DNA from: a bacterium
GTDB taxonomy: Bacteria > Patescibacteriota > Minisyncoccia > UBA6257 > GWB1-50-10
Assembly (NCBI GenBank): GCA_021824045.1
Contig: JAKALR010000002.1
Location: 1-57,923 of the forward strand
DNA length: 57,923 bases
Direction of reading: 5' to 3'
In this document: positions 16,449 to 25,914 of the stretch, piece after piece
Numbering within the stretch: position 1 is the stretch's first letter
How the letters are laid out: every line of letters starts with the position of its first letter
Program-made: the position numbers and the translations under genes
The notes under the pieces: model-generated
What the model saw: only the letters and a program-made list of their open reading frames with translations
Databases searched by the model: none
What the model was told of the DNA's origin: nothing

Positions 16449-17627
16449 ATGAAAGACAAGGAAATTGAAAAACTTATAAAGGAGGAGGGAGTGAGAGAGC
16501 GGAAAGTCGTGAATTTGATCGCTTCGGAAAATTTTGCCTCGGACGACGTCCGGGAAGCGCTCGGTTCTGTTTTCACGAATAAATACGCGGAAGGATATCC
16601 CGGCGGACGCTACTACGGCGGAACCGCGGTGGCGGACAAATTGGAAAATCTCGTGCGAAAGAGAGCTCTTGCAGTATTCAAACTATCGCCCGAAAAATGG
16701 GCGGTGAATGTGCAGCCGTATTCGGGATCGCCGGCGAATCTGGCGGTTTATCTGGCTCTCGTCTCTCCCGGCGAGAAAATCATGGGTATGAGTTTGAACA
16801 TGGGCGGACATCTGACGCACGGCCAGAAAGTCAGCATTACCGGAAAAATTTGGCACCAGATCCCCTACGGCGTTTCTCAAAAAACGGAAACTCTGGATTA
16901 TGGCGAGATCGGAGAAATCGCCGAAAAGGAAAAGCCTCGAATCATAGTAGTCGGATATACCGCCTATCCGCGCGTGATTGATTTCGGCAAGTTCAGGAAA
17001 ATAGCCGATAGCGTCGGAGCGATCCTCATGGTTGATATGTCGCACTTCGCGGGTCTCGTTGCCGGCGGTGCGTATCCGACGCCCTTTCGATACGCCGACG
17101 TCGTCATGACGACGACGCATAAAACGCTCCGCGGTCCGCGCGGCGCGATGATCTTTGCGAGGAAAATCAAAATAAATTCGAAATTGACGATTGCGGAAGC
17201 AATCGATAAGGCCGTGTTTCCGGGACTTCAAGGCGGACCGCACCTGAACGCGATCGCGGCGATCGGCGTCGCGCTCCGCGAAGCGGGACAGCCGTCGTTC
17301 AAAACATACGCGAAGCAAATCGTGAAGAACGCGAAAGTCCTCGCCGAAGAGCTGAAAAAACTCGGATGGAAAATCGTCTCCGGCGGAACCGACACCCACC
17401 TTCTCCTCGTCGATACCATGTCCCGCGGCATCGGAGGGAAGGAAGCGGCGGAAAAATTGGAGCGCGCGGGAATTATCGTGAACAAGAACGCCATTCCCTA
17501 TGATACGCGGAAACCGTCCGATCCTTCCGGCATCCGCCTCGGCACGCCGGCCGTGACGACGCGCGGCATGAAGGAAAAAGACATGAAAAAACTCGCGGCG
17601 AGAATTGATAATATCCTCAAAAGGTAA
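16449..17627 (+). CDS. glyA: Serine hydroxymethyltransferase
   Basis: NLIASENF, YPGGRYYGG, and the PLP-lysine region TTTHKTLRGPRG. Confidence 0.95.
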   Translation: MKDKEIEKLIKEEGVRERKVVNLIASENFASDDVREALGSVFTNKYAEGYPGGRYYGGTAVADKLENLVRKRALAVFKLSPEKWAVNVQPYSGSPANLAVYLALVSPGEKIMGMSLNMGGHLTHGQKVSITGKIWHQIPYGVSQKTETLDYGEIGEIAEKEKPRIIVVGYTAYPRVIDFGKFRKIADSVGAILMVDMSHFAGLVAGGAYPTPFRYADVVMTTTHKTLRGPRGAMIFARKIKINSKLTIAEAIDKAVFPGLQGGPHLNAIAAIGVALREAGQPSFKTYAKQIVKNAKVLAEELKKLGWKIVSGGTDTHLLLVDTMSRGIGGKEAAEKLERAGIIVNKNAIPYDTRKPSDPSGIRLGTPAVTTRGMKEKDMKKLAARIDNILKR

Positions 17628-17635
17628 TATTGCTT

Positions 17636-18463
17636 ATGGTGATCGATGGCAGGAAAATAGCGGCGGAGATCGTCGCGAAACTGAAACAAAAACCCGTGCC
17701 GCAGAAGTATCTGGCAGTTTTTTTGGTCGGCAGTGACCCGTCATCGGTAGGCTTCATCAAACAAAAGGAAAAGCTGGCCAAAGAACTTGGTGTCGATTTT
17801 CGCCTCTATAAATATAATGAGTCGACAACGCAGGACGAGCTCCGGAAAGAAATCCATAAGATCGGCGACGGGAAACCGTGCGGCGGCATTATTGTGCAGC
17901 TCCCGCTTCCCGGCTCGGCCGATCCGCAGTACGTTCTCAACGCCATGCCGCGGGAAAAGGATATTGACGTTTTGGGCGAGCGCGCTCTCGGCGCATTTTA
18001 CGCCGGCAGAAATATCATTTATCCTCCGTCCGTTGAGGTGGTGAAGGAGATAGTGGAAATTGAAAATTGCAAAATTGAAAATTGTACTGTTGCCGTAGTC
18101 GGCTTGGGCAAGCTTGTCGGCAAGCCCGTCCAAACGTGGCTCACGGGAAGATCGAAAGAAATCTCCCTCATCGATGAAGGGGGAAACTTTGATGTGTTAA
18201 AAAACGCCGATATCGTTGTTTGCGGTACGGGTGTTCCGGGACTCATCAAGCCCGAGATGCTCAAAGAGAACGCGCTCGTCATAGACTTCGGGTACGGTCT
18301 GAGCAGCGGAAAGCCCTCCGGCGATTTCGATGCCGACGAATTAAAAATTAAAAATGTAAAACTAAAAATTAGTTACACGCCGACGCCGGGTGGCACCGGC
18401 CCAATCTTGGTGGCGAAGATTTTCGAAAACTTCTATTCCCTAACCAAGGAGAAGACTCGGTAA
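17636..18463 (+). CDS. folD: Bifunctional methylene-THF dehydrogenase / methenyl-THF cyclohydrolase
   Basis: VIDGRKIA..., LPLP, VVGLGKLVGKP, TPTPGGTGP. Start is set at ATG 17636 rather than the TTG at 17630. Confidence 0.9.
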   Translation: MVIDGRKIAAEIVAKLKQKPVPQKYLAVFLVGSDPSSVGFIKQKEKLAKELGVDFRLYKYNESTTQDELRKEIHKIGDGKPCGGIIVQLPLPGSADPQYVLNAMPREKDIDVLGERALGAFYAGRNIIYPPSVEVVKEIVEIENCKIENCTVAVVGLGKLVGKPVQTWLTGRSKEISLIDEGGNFDVLKNADIVVCGTGVPGLIKPEMLKENALVIDFGYGLSSGKPSGDFDADELKIKNVKLKISYTPTPGGTGPILVAKIFENFYSLTKEKTR

Positions 18464-18465
18464 GG

Positions 18466-18526
18466 CGAAAAAGTGGGTAAGACCGGCCAAGCGGCCTTGG
18501 AGCGCGCACTTTTTCGGCTTGCCGAG
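18466..18526. repeat. 60 nt palindromic repeat, copy 2
   Basis: Near-identical to 10254-10313. It lies between the convergent folD and recA genes. Confidence 0.7.
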
Positions 18527-18534
18527 TTTTCTTG

Positions 18535-19584
18535 TTATTCCCCCTCGGTTGATTCGGATCCGGGCGCGCTCACAATGGGTTTCTTTTCAGCTGCCACCGA
18601 AGCGGCTTTTTTGATTTCGTTGAGAAGTTTTTTGTCTTCCTTGAGTTTTTCGCGGACATTGTCGAATCCGTTTCCGAGCTTCTCGCCGTTCATGGAGTAG
18701 CTCGCCCCGTTCTTGGAAACGACGCCGTACTTCACGGCGGTGTTCAGAACATCGGCTTCGTAGGAAATCCCCTCGCCGAACAAGATGTCGAATTCCGCTA
18801 TCCTGAAGGGCGGCGCCACTTTATTTTTGACCACTTTCGCTTTCACGCGGTTCCCGATGCTTTCATCTCCCTTCTTGATTTGGGCGATGCGCCGGATGTC
18901 GATCCGGACCGATGAATAGAATTTCAAAGCCAAACCGCCGGGTGTCGTTTCGGGATTCCCGAACATGATGCCGATCTTCATTCTCGTTTGATTGATGAAT
19001 ATGACGATGGTCCCGGATCGCGCGGCGACGGCGGTAATTTTCCTGAGCGCCTGGGACATCAAGCGCGCCTGGAGGCCCATTTGCTGCTGACCCATCTCCC
19101 CCTCTATTTCGGCGCGGGGCGTGAGGGCCGCGACCGAGTCGATGACGACGACATCGATAATCCCCGATCGAACGAGGCTTTCCATGATATTCAAAGCCTC
19201 TTCACCGCTGTCCGGCTGTGAGATGATGAGGTCTTTTACCTTAGCACCGATCCGTGCCGCATATTCCGGGTCGAGGGCATGTTCGGCGTCGATGAATGCA
19301 ACTTTGCCCCCCTTCTTCTGCGCTTCCGCGACGACGTGGAGCGCGAGCGTCGTCTTCCCCGAGCTTTCAGGTCCGAAAATCTCAACGATTCGTCCCTTCG
19401 GCAAGCCGCCGACGCCGAGCGCGATATCAAGCGAGAAAGAGCCGGACGAAATGACGTCGACGTTCGTTTTCTTGACGTCGCCGAGTTTCATGACCGACCC
19501 TTCGCCGAACCTCGACTGGAGCGACTCGAGGAGGGAATCAACGTTCTCCGATTTTTCTTCTTTTGCTTTTTTTGCTTGCGCCAT
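18535..19584 (-). CDS. recA: Recombinase RecA
   Basis: [12 protein letters not shown] Walker [20 protein letters not shown]. Confidence 0.96.
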   Translation of the reverse strand: MAQAKKAKEEKSENVDSLLESLQSRFGEGSVMKLGDVKKTNVDVISSGSFSLDIALGVGGLPKGRIVEIFGPESSGKTTLALHVVAEAQKKGGKVAFIDAEHALDPEYAARIGAKVKDLIISQPDSGEEALNIMESLVRSGIIDVVVIDSVAALTPRAEIEGEMGQQQMGLQARLMSQALRKITAVAARSGTIVIFINQTRMKIGIMFGNPETTPGGLALKFYSSVRIDIRRIAQIKKGDESIGNRVKAKVVKNKVAPPFRIAEFDILFGEGISYEADVLNTAVKYGVVSKNGASYSMNGEKLGNGFDNVREKLKEDKKLLNEIKKAASVAAEKKPIVSAPGSESTEGE

Positions 19585-19586
19585 AA

Positions 19587-20306
19587 TTATGGTTTTTGTT
19601 GCATAGTCGACGTTGTCGTGATGGTGGATGGTGTCGATGTCGGGAATGCCGCAGATGAGCTTCCTTCGAGTTGGAAGTAAACCTGCTTCGTCGTTGAAAA
19701 GGTCTTCCCGAGAATCTTTGACGCTTCGAAGTCGAAGGTGTTGAATCCCGGATTCAAAACGACTGCTTTTTCAAAGGCACCGTTCTTGTCGACGGTCATT
19801 GCTTCGCCGTTCATGGCTAAGCTGTCGCCGTTTCCGAGAACGCCCGTGATGGTGAAATTCTGATCTTTCGTCACCGTTATCCCGCCGGAGAGATCGCCGA
19901 ACGTGATGGTGGGAGTTCCGAGAATACTCGGCAGCCGCAGGGCGCCGTAGATCAGTACCACAACCACTCCCAGTATAACACCGGCGATTTTTTTATTCAC
20001 CCTGGGAATTTCGAACCGGTTGGGCGGTAAAACATCCCATTCTCCTGATTTCCTGATCTCGTCTTTTTCGCTCAAATACTCTTTCCAGACCCGCTCTCCG
20101 TCGAGATCCAGTGCTCCGCTGATCTTCATGAGGTAGCCGTGGATATACGGGGCCGCCGGCAGCTTGTCGAATTTTTCGTTAATCAAGAGGCCGATCACGT
20201 TCTCGGGGACGCCGGTCGTCTGCGACAGCTTTTCCACCGAGATGGATTTCATTTTGAGCGCCTCGATGAGAATATTCGCGAAATTTTTTCGGCCTTCGTC
20301 ACTCAT
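19587..20306 (-). CDS. RodZ-like HTH membrane protein
   Basis: N-terminal Cro/C1-type HTH with ...[16 protein letters not shown], a single TM, and an extracellular C-terminal domain. Confidence 0.55.
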   Translation of the reverse strand: MSDEGRKNFANILIEALKMKSISVEKLSQTTGVPENVIGLLINEKFDKLPAAPYIHGYLMKISGALDLDGERVWKEYLSEKDEIRKSGEWDVLPPNRFEIPRVNKKIAGVILGVVVVLIYGALRLPSILGTPTITFGDLSGGITVTKDQNFTITGVLGNGDSLAMNGEAMTVDKNGAFEKAVVLNPGFNTFDFEASKILGKTFSTTKQVYFQLEGSSSAAFPTSTPSTITTTSTMQQKP

Positions 20307-22398
20307 GGTCGTCGTTGGTATAGAATACTTCCCGCGGCTTTGCGCCGTCGCCCGGCCCGATGATCCCCCGCTCCTCCATCATGTCGAGGAGCCGTGCAGC
20401 GCGGGCATAGCCGACCTTGAGGCGCCGTTGGAGGAGTGACGCGGAGGCCTTTCGGGCGGCCTTGACCGTTTCAACCGCTTCATCGAGAAGTTCGTCGTTG
20501 TCGTCATCGTTTCCCAACGCGTCGAAATCGAGGTTTGGTTGGCCGTCTTCTTCCCCCTCCTTCCCGCCGCCGCCGAATTCCAGTTCTTCGCCCGCGGTCT
20601 CGTTATTCTTACTGATAAAGTTTGAAACTTTTTTAATTTCCTCCTCCGAAATGAAAGCCCCCTGTACCCGGAGCGGTTTCGAAAGTTCGGCAGAGATGAA
20701 AAGTGCGTCTCCGTGGCCCAGGAGTTTTTCGGCGCCCGGCGTGTCGAGAATTGTGCGCGAATCGATTTGGCTCGCGACCTGGAGCGCGATTCTCGATGTG
20801 ATGTTTGCCTTGATGAGCCCGGTAATGACCTCGACGGACGGCCGCTGGGTCGAGACGATGAGGTGAATGCCCGTGGCCCGCGCCATTTGCGCGAGACGGA
20901 TGATTGATCCCTCGACCTCCCTGCCGTAGGATGTCATGAGGTCGGCTAATTCATCGATCACGATTACGATGTACGGCATCGATCTCCCGCCGCTGTTGTA
21001 GCTCTTGATGTCGCGGGAACCGGCCTCGAGGAGCAATTGGTAGCGTCGGTCCATTTCCTGGATCGCCCATCGGAGGACGCCGATGGATTTTTTGTTTTCG
21101 GTGATGACCGGCGAGAGGAGATGCGGGATACCGTCATAAACGGAAAGCTCGACGCGCTTCGGATCGATCATGAGGAGTCGGAGCGTCTCGGGAGAATTTT
21201 TAAAAAGCAAAGACAAGATGAGCGAATGAATCATGATGGATTTCCCGCTGCCGGTCGCGCCGGCGATCAAAAGGTGGGGCATCTTGGCGACGTCCTTGAA
21301 TATCGGTTCGCCGGAAACGTTCCGGCCGAGGGCGAATCCCAAGGGGCCGCTCTTCCCGAAGTCTTCGTAGAGGAGAAGGCTCCCGAGCCGCACGACGGCA
21401 GCCGATTTGTTGGGGACTTCGATGCCGACGAGCGATTTCCCCGGGATGGGGGCCTCGATGCGAATCGGATGCGCCGCCAAGGAAAGCGCCAGGTCCTGGT
21501 TCAGCGACGTGAGGCGCGAGAGCTTGATGCCCTCCGCCGGCTTCAGGGTGTAGCGCGTGACCGTCGGTCCCACGTTGATCTCCCCCATCTCGACGGGAAT
21601 GCCGAAACTTTCGAGCGTCCGCTTGATCACGTTCGCGTTCGCGCGGAGATCGCCGATCGTCGGTTTGTCCACCTGCGACGCGAGGAGGTTCAGGGGCGGC
21701 GCCACGTAATTTTTGAATTGTTTTGCGGAAGAAGTTTTGAGTTCCGGGATGCTGTCTTCGTGCGTTTTGATTTCCAATTCCTTCTCTTTCCGGTTCTTCG
21801 GTTTTTCTTCCTCGATTTTTTGCGGTTCCGGCGCCGAAGGAGCGGTCACGATTGTTTCTTCCATTTCCCCTTCCTCTGCTTCGGCCTTCTCCCGCTTCGG
21901 CAAACGGAGCGGTTTGTTCATAATCATGAGGAACGAGATCACCATGATGGTTATGGTTATGACGATACCGCCCGGCACGCTGAACGGCGTCTTGATTGCT
22001 CCCGCGATGCCGCCAACAATGCCGCCGTTCCCCGGGCTCACGATATCGATGAACCCCAGCGCCGAAAGGATGAACAGCGCGCCGCCGATGAGGGAAAATC
22101 CAATCACTTCTTTTTTATCCCTGGAGAGGAGCGTCGCCGCGATGAGAAGTGAAATAGCCGGCAAGAGGTAGTAACCGATACCGAAGAGCGTCGTGAAAAA
22201 TCCGAAGATACCGTTCCCCCACGGCCCCGCGAGTTTCAGCGCCGAGAGCAAAAAGATGACCGTGAGCGCGATGAAGACAATGGACCAGATGCTCTGCTTG
22301 GTTTCTGGATGGAGCGGAGATTGTCTCCCGTACTCCCCCCGTTCTTTTTTATCCCTCTTTTCAATCCGCCTTTTCTCCGTATTGGATTTTTTTGCCAT
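20299..22398 (-). CDS. ftsK: DNA translocase FtsK/SpoIIIE
   Basis: N-terminal TM helices, Walker A GATGSGKS, and a C-terminal gamma winged-helix (LLQRRLKVGYARAARLLD). Confidence 0.93.
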   Translation of the reverse strand: MAKKSNTEKRRIEKRDKKERGEYGRQSPLHPETKQSIWSIVFIALTVIFLLSALKLAGPWGNGIFGFFTTLFGIGYYLLPAISLLIAATLLSRDKKEVIGFSLIGGALFILSALGFIDIVSPGNGGIVGGIAGAIKTPFSVPGGIVITITIMVISFLMIMNKPLRLPKREKAEAEEGEMEETIVTAPSAPEPQKIEEEKPKNRKEKELEIKTHEDSIPELKTSSAKQFKNYVAPPLNLLASQVDKPTIGDLRANANVIKRTLESFGIPVEMGEINVGPTVTRYTLKPAEGIKLSRLTSLNQDLALSLAAHPIRIEAPIPGKSLVGIEVPNKSAAVVRLGSLLLYEDFGKSGPLGFALGRNVSGEPIFKDVAKMPHLLIAGATGSGKSIMIHSLILSLLFKNSPETLRLLMIDPKRVELSVYDGIPHLLSPVITENKKSIGVLRWAIQEMDRRYQLLLEAGSRDIKSYNSGGRSMPYIVIVIDELADLMTSYGREVEGSIIRLAQMARATGIHLIVSTQRPSVEVITGLIKANITSRIALQVASQIDSRTILDTPGAEKLLGHGDALFISAELSKPLRVQGAFISEEEIKKVSNFISKNNETAGEELEFGGGGKEGEEDGQPNLDFDALGNDDDNDELLDEAVETVKAARKASASLLQRRLKVGYARAARLLDMMEERGIIGPGDGAKPREVFYTNDDHE

Positions 22399-22473
22399 TA
22401 CGCGTCTATTTTACCCCATTTGTCGCTTCTCTTCAATGAAAATAATCGCTCATCCCGCAGATGAATGTGGACA

Positions 22474-22502
22474 TTGACAATAAATAATAATTATGATACT
22501 AT
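22474..22502 (+). promoter_or_regulatory. Sigma70-like promoter (TTGACA, 17 nt spacer, TACTAT)
   Basis: Spacing counted by hand. It lies upstream of the ORF at 22553. Confidence 0.4.
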
Positions 22503-22552
22503 ATGAAATCTAAGAATAGCACACAAACAAAAAAAAGAATGGAGGCATCAAA

Positions 22553-22870
22553 ATGGAACTCGTCGGATTTTTCTTCTGCGTCGCAGCACTTCTCCTCACC
22601 GGTTCGTCTTATTACGACGTCAACCTTGAGGAGGGCCAGGTGGAGGCGGTGAAAAAAATACAACGGCGATTCGTCGTAATGCGGATCGCGTTCATTTTTT
22701 TCACGACCGGATTCCTCATTGTCATGGGAACCTGGAGTTTCAAAAGTGCTCCATTCCCCTTCCACGCCTTCACGACGATGGTCGTGGTGGGGCTGGCCAT
22801 TGCTTATGGTCAATACTCGGCGAGGATGGAATTCCTCGCGTGGCGGAGAGGAGAGAACGGGATGGGATAG
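22553..22870 (+). CDS. Hypothetical small membrane protein
   Basis: GGAGG RBS. 105 aa with three hydrophobic helices. Confidence 0.5.
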   Translation: MELVGFFFCVAALLLTGSSYYDVNLEEGQVEAVKKIQRRFVVMRIAFIFFTTGFLIVMGTWSFKSAPFPFHAFTTMVVVGLAIAYGQYSARMEFLAWRRGENGMG

Positions 22871-23058
22871 TCCCAAGGTTTTTAGGGCACGAATCATAAT
22901 CATGATCCGTGCCCTCTTTCTTATCCCCAGACGTTAGGCCCCCCGCTCTCCTTTAAAGCCCCCGGGGGGCCAAAATTTTGGGGATAACTTTTGATGGAAA
23001 ACTGGGAAAGGGGGGGAAAGCTCAAAAAACTCGGAAAACCCGATAAACCCGGTAAATT

Positions 23059-23100
23059 GAAAAACCAGCCTGTAAAACACTCAAAATGTTTTACAGGCTG
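23059..23100 (-). terminator. Rho-independent terminator downstream of the LAGLIDADG ORF
   Basis: 14 bp stem CAGCCTGTAAAACA/TGTTTTACAGGCTG, followed on the minus strand by GTTTTTC. Confidence 0.6.
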
Positions 23101-23173
23101 ATAATGCGATGAAACCTACACTTTTCATTTTTCGATGAAAATTTTGTAATTCGTGAAACATTTTGAAACAAAT

Positions 23174-23617
23174 TTAAGGTACAAAATTTCTGTTAAAAAA
23201 ACCACTTTTGTATAACCTATGAAGAAATTTAGTCTTTTCGCTCGTATCTTCGTCTCCCATTTTTTCGAGCCATTCCTTGAACTGCTTGCCCTTGTTCCCA
23301 TGCAATTTGTTATAAAAGAATGGAATTATTATGTTCTTGATTTGCGGGAATTCTCTAACTATAAGCATTGCCTGGCTGCCATGGTTTGGTTTCCTGGTTG
23401 ATGGGGAATAATAGTTATAGACTCTATTTGTTAATCCAAGCTTGTTTCTGACGGATTTTATCAGATCTTCGTCGCGTTCATGCATCTTTAGTGCAAACGC
23501 AGGGACTTTAACTTTTTTAATAGTTCCATCTTTTAATCTTGTGCTGGTTGTGGAGAAAGTAAAAGTACCTTCGCCTTCGACGAGACCTCTGATATATTCA
23601 TCGCTCAAAACCCCCAT
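23174..23617 (-). CDS. LAGLIDADG-family homing endonuclease-like protein (single motif), free-standing
   Basis: 147 aa. YIRGLVEGEGTF matches the LAGLIDADG motif. The gene sits in visibly AT-richer DNA than its neighbours. Confidence 0.65.
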   Translation of the reverse strand: MGVLSDEYIRGLVEGEGTFTFSTTSTRLKDGTIKKVKVPAFALKMHERDEDLIKSVRNKLGLTNRVYNYYSPSTRKPNHGSQAMLIVREFPQIKNIIIPFFYNKLHGNKGKQFKEWLEKMGDEDTSEKTKFLHRLYKSGFFNRNFVP

Positions 23618-23787
23618 TTACCCCGCACCGAGCCGAGCACTACAACGCCCTTTTGTATTTTTACTATTTTCATCGCAGTTGAAATAATTCTGTAAATTAG
23701 TTGCGGATTATTCTGCCAATTTAGGGCGCTGGAAGCGAAGTGCTTGATCTGGTGACGGGGTTTATTTAATTATAACTCTTTGGGATA

Positions 23788-24159
23788 ATGGGTTTAATGA
23801 CATATCGCCAAGACGTTGGCAGGAAGGGGGAAGATTTTGCGGTGGAGTATTTGAAAAAGAAGGGATATCGGATTATCGGAAGAAACGAGGAGAAGAAGTG
23901 GGGAGAACTCGATATCATAGCCATAGCTCCGGACAAGACGCTGGTTTTCGTCGAGGTGAAGACGGTAGGGGGATGGGACGTTGAGGCGGAGGAGCAGATG
24001 ACCGAATCGAAGATAAAAAAGTTTACGAGGGCAGCCGAGATATACGCGGGCGTGCACGAAGAACTGATTGATGATAAAAAGGGATGGCGCCTCGATGTCC
24101 TGGCGCTCACCGAGAAGGATGACGGGAAATTCAACACGAATCATTATGAAAATATCTGA
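23788..24159 (+). CDS. yraN: YraN-family endonuclease (UPF0102)
   Basis: GRKGEDFAVEYLKKKGYRIIGRN...GELDIIA...VFVEVKT. Confidence 0.85.
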   Translation: MGLMTYRQDVGRKGEDFAVEYLKKKGYRIIGRNEEKKWGELDIIAIAPDKTLVFVEVKTVGGWDVEAEEQMTESKIKKFTRAAEIYAGVHEELIDDKKGWRLDVLALTEKDDGKFNTNHYENI

Positions 24160-24784
24160 AAACGAAATTTTCGCGGTGTGGAAACCGAAAGGACCGACTT
24201 CAGCGCATTTTCTGAATTCTTTGAAGAAAAAATTGGGCGCGCAAAAAATGGGCCACGCCGGAACTCTCGATCCCTTGGCGTCCGGCATCCTCGTTGTCGG
24301 CATCGGGAAGGGGACGAAGAAATTGAAGGAAGCGGCGGGAGCCGAGAAGGAATATGTCGCGAAGATAAAATTCGGCGAACGGAGCGCGACGGACGACGGG
24401 GAGGGGGAGAAGGAAATCTGCGCAGTGGAAGAAATCCCGAAACTCGACGATGTCGAACGAGCGATCGGAAAATTCATCGGCAACATTGACCAAGTGCCGT
24501 CGGATTACAGCGCGGCGAAAGTGGGCGGTGTCCACGCGTATCGGCTGGCGAGGAAAGGAAAAGAAACTCATTTGCAATCGCGCGCGGTGAAAATTTTTTC
24601 AATTGAGATCATGAAATACGACTGGCCGTTTTTGGATGCGCGGGTTGTGACCGGCCCCGGGGTGTACGTGAGAGCTCTGGCGCGCGATTTGGGCGAAGCG
24701 CTCAGCGTCGGCGGCTACATCGCTGAACTCACGAGGACGAGAGTGGGGGATTTCACGAAAGAAGATACGGCGGATATACCATAG
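24146..24784 (+). CDS. truB: tRNA pseudouridine(55) synthase TruB (short form)
   Basis: KPKGPTSAHF, GHAGTLDPLASGILVVGIG. Start is set at MKISENE, giving a 14 nt overlap with yraN. Confidence 0.85.
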   Translation: MKISENEIFAVWKPKGPTSAHFLNSLKKKLGAQKMGHAGTLDPLASGILVVGIGKGTKKLKEAAGAEKEYVAKIKFGERSATDDGEGEKEICAVEEIPKLDDVERAIGKFIGNIDQVPSDYSAAKVGGVHAYRLARKGKETHLQSRAVKIFSIEIMKYDWPFLDARVVTGPGVYVRALARDLGEALSVGGYIAELTRTRVGDFTKEDTADIP

Positions 24785-24858
24785 AGACAGAGTGGATAGA
24801 GATAAATGCAAAGAGAAAAAATAAACAGAGATAGGCAGATACCCATAGAAATTATACA

Positions 24859-24915
24859 GGCGCTTCGATTAATCGAAGCGCCTCACTTTTTCCCGTACGG
24901 GCAAAAGTGAGGCGC
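24859..24915. other. Two overlapping near-perfect palindromes (24 bp and 38 bp) that share GCGCC
   Basis: GGCGCTTCGATTAATCGAAGCGCC at 24859-24882. GCGCCTCACTTTTTCCCGT/ACGGGCAAAAGTGAGGCGC at 24878-24915, with one mismatch. Confidence 0.6.
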
Positions 24916-25036
24916 GTGCTAAAAATGTGTCCGGCCCCACGATTCCGCGATTATCCCCCTTATTCGCTATAGCGGATAAGGGGGACAGATGAAAAATCAA
25001 GATCAAAAAACCCAGTACTTGGATTCGTTCTTTGTA

Positions 25037-25065
25037 TTGACAAATACTTGAAATTGATGTACAAT
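25037..25065 (+). promoter_or_regulatory. Sigma70-like promoter (TTGACA, 17 nt spacer, TACAAT)
   Basis: Spacing counted by hand. It lies about 70 nt upstream of the Nudix ORF. Confidence 0.5.
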
Positions 25066-25135
25066 GCAAAACATAAAGAGTTTGTTCTTTAAGAAAGTTT
25101 TTTCAAAAACAAAAAAATAAAGAAGGAGGTCTGCC

Positions 25136-25528
25136 ATGGCAAAGGGCCATGCGACTGCAGTGATGATTATTGCCCCCGAAGGGATTCCGATGGTGCGGGA
25201 TCCCAAGAAACAGCCGCCGCTGTTCTGGAAAGTCCCCGGTGGCAGGGGGGATGCAACCGAAACGGCAAGGCAGTGCGCTTGCCGGGAGATTAGAGAGGAG
25301 CTTGGTATTACTCTTCAGGAAAGCGATCTTAGTATCGCTTATGAAGAGGATAAGGGGAGTCACCTGCTCACCCTCTTCGTAGTAAGACTGCCCGTCCTCC
25401 CGAAATTAAAGGAGGTCGGGAATGAAGGAGAAGAAATAAAAATTTTCTCTCCGCGCCAACTCCTCGGTATGATTGATTTTTTCCCGAATCACCGGAGGGT
25501 TTTTGAGAAGTATCTCAGAAATCTTTAG
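25136..25528 (+). CDS. Nudix hydrolase
   Basis: Nudix box GGRGDATETARQCACREIREELGI (GX5EX7REUXEEXGU). Confidence 0.85.
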   Translation: MAKGHATAVMIIAPEGIPMVRDPKKQPPLFWKVPGGRGDATETARQCACREIREELGITLQESDLSIAYEEDKGSHLLTLFVVRLPVLPKLKEVGNEGEEIKIFSPRQLLGMIDFFPNHRRVFEKYLRNL

Positions 25529-25576
25529 TCGGATGGCCTGAGCATGCCCTTGAAAACTGCTCTTTTTTGTTACTTG

Positions 25577-25636
25577 CCAGGTAGTGAAAACTCGATTAGC
25601 TACCGCATGAAGTGAAATCGAGCTTCTACTACCTGG
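25577..25636. mobile_element. Family-2 inverted-repeat element, short copy (60 bp), possibly acting as a terminator hairpin
   Basis: Ends are CCAGGTAGTGAAAA...CTTCTACTACCTGG, with CTTG on both flanks and TCTTTTTTG on both sides. Confidence 0.5.
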
Positions 25637-25792
25637 CTTGTCTTTTTTGCGGGGTTGTGGTAGAGTATATACATCAAGGCCGCTCATTCGAGTGGCTGTC
25701 GTTTTTAAAGGTCCTTCCAGTTTGAAAATTTGGTCATTGAAAATTGATTAAAAATTAAAAATTGGAGATTAAAAATTTTTAACGCTATGGAT

Positions 25793-25914
25793 CCCGTTAG
25801 AAATCGCGGACGCGGATCAAATAAGAAATATGAATAAAAAATCAAATAAAAAGGTCAAAATCAAAAACAATGGATGTGATGCGCTTTGCGCGTCCGCGTC
25901 CTATTTCTAACGGG
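25793..25914 (+). mobile_element. Family-1 TIR element, subtype C (122 bp), abutting the nusA start
   Basis: TIRs CCCGTTAGAAAT / ATTTCTAACGGG, extended by GGACGCGGA repeats. ATGGAT is present at 25787-25792 and 25915-25920. Confidence 0.75.

Noticed and set aside
25870-25914. N-terminal extensions suggested by the ORF track for nusA (25870), murD (29381), ftsH (12634), truB (24068), folD (17630 TTG) and the DUF2628-like gene (56936).
   Set aside because: The extensions read through repeat elements, hairpins, a tRNA gene or the preceding gene. The conserved protein N-termini begin at the downstream ATGs, so the annotated starts were moved.
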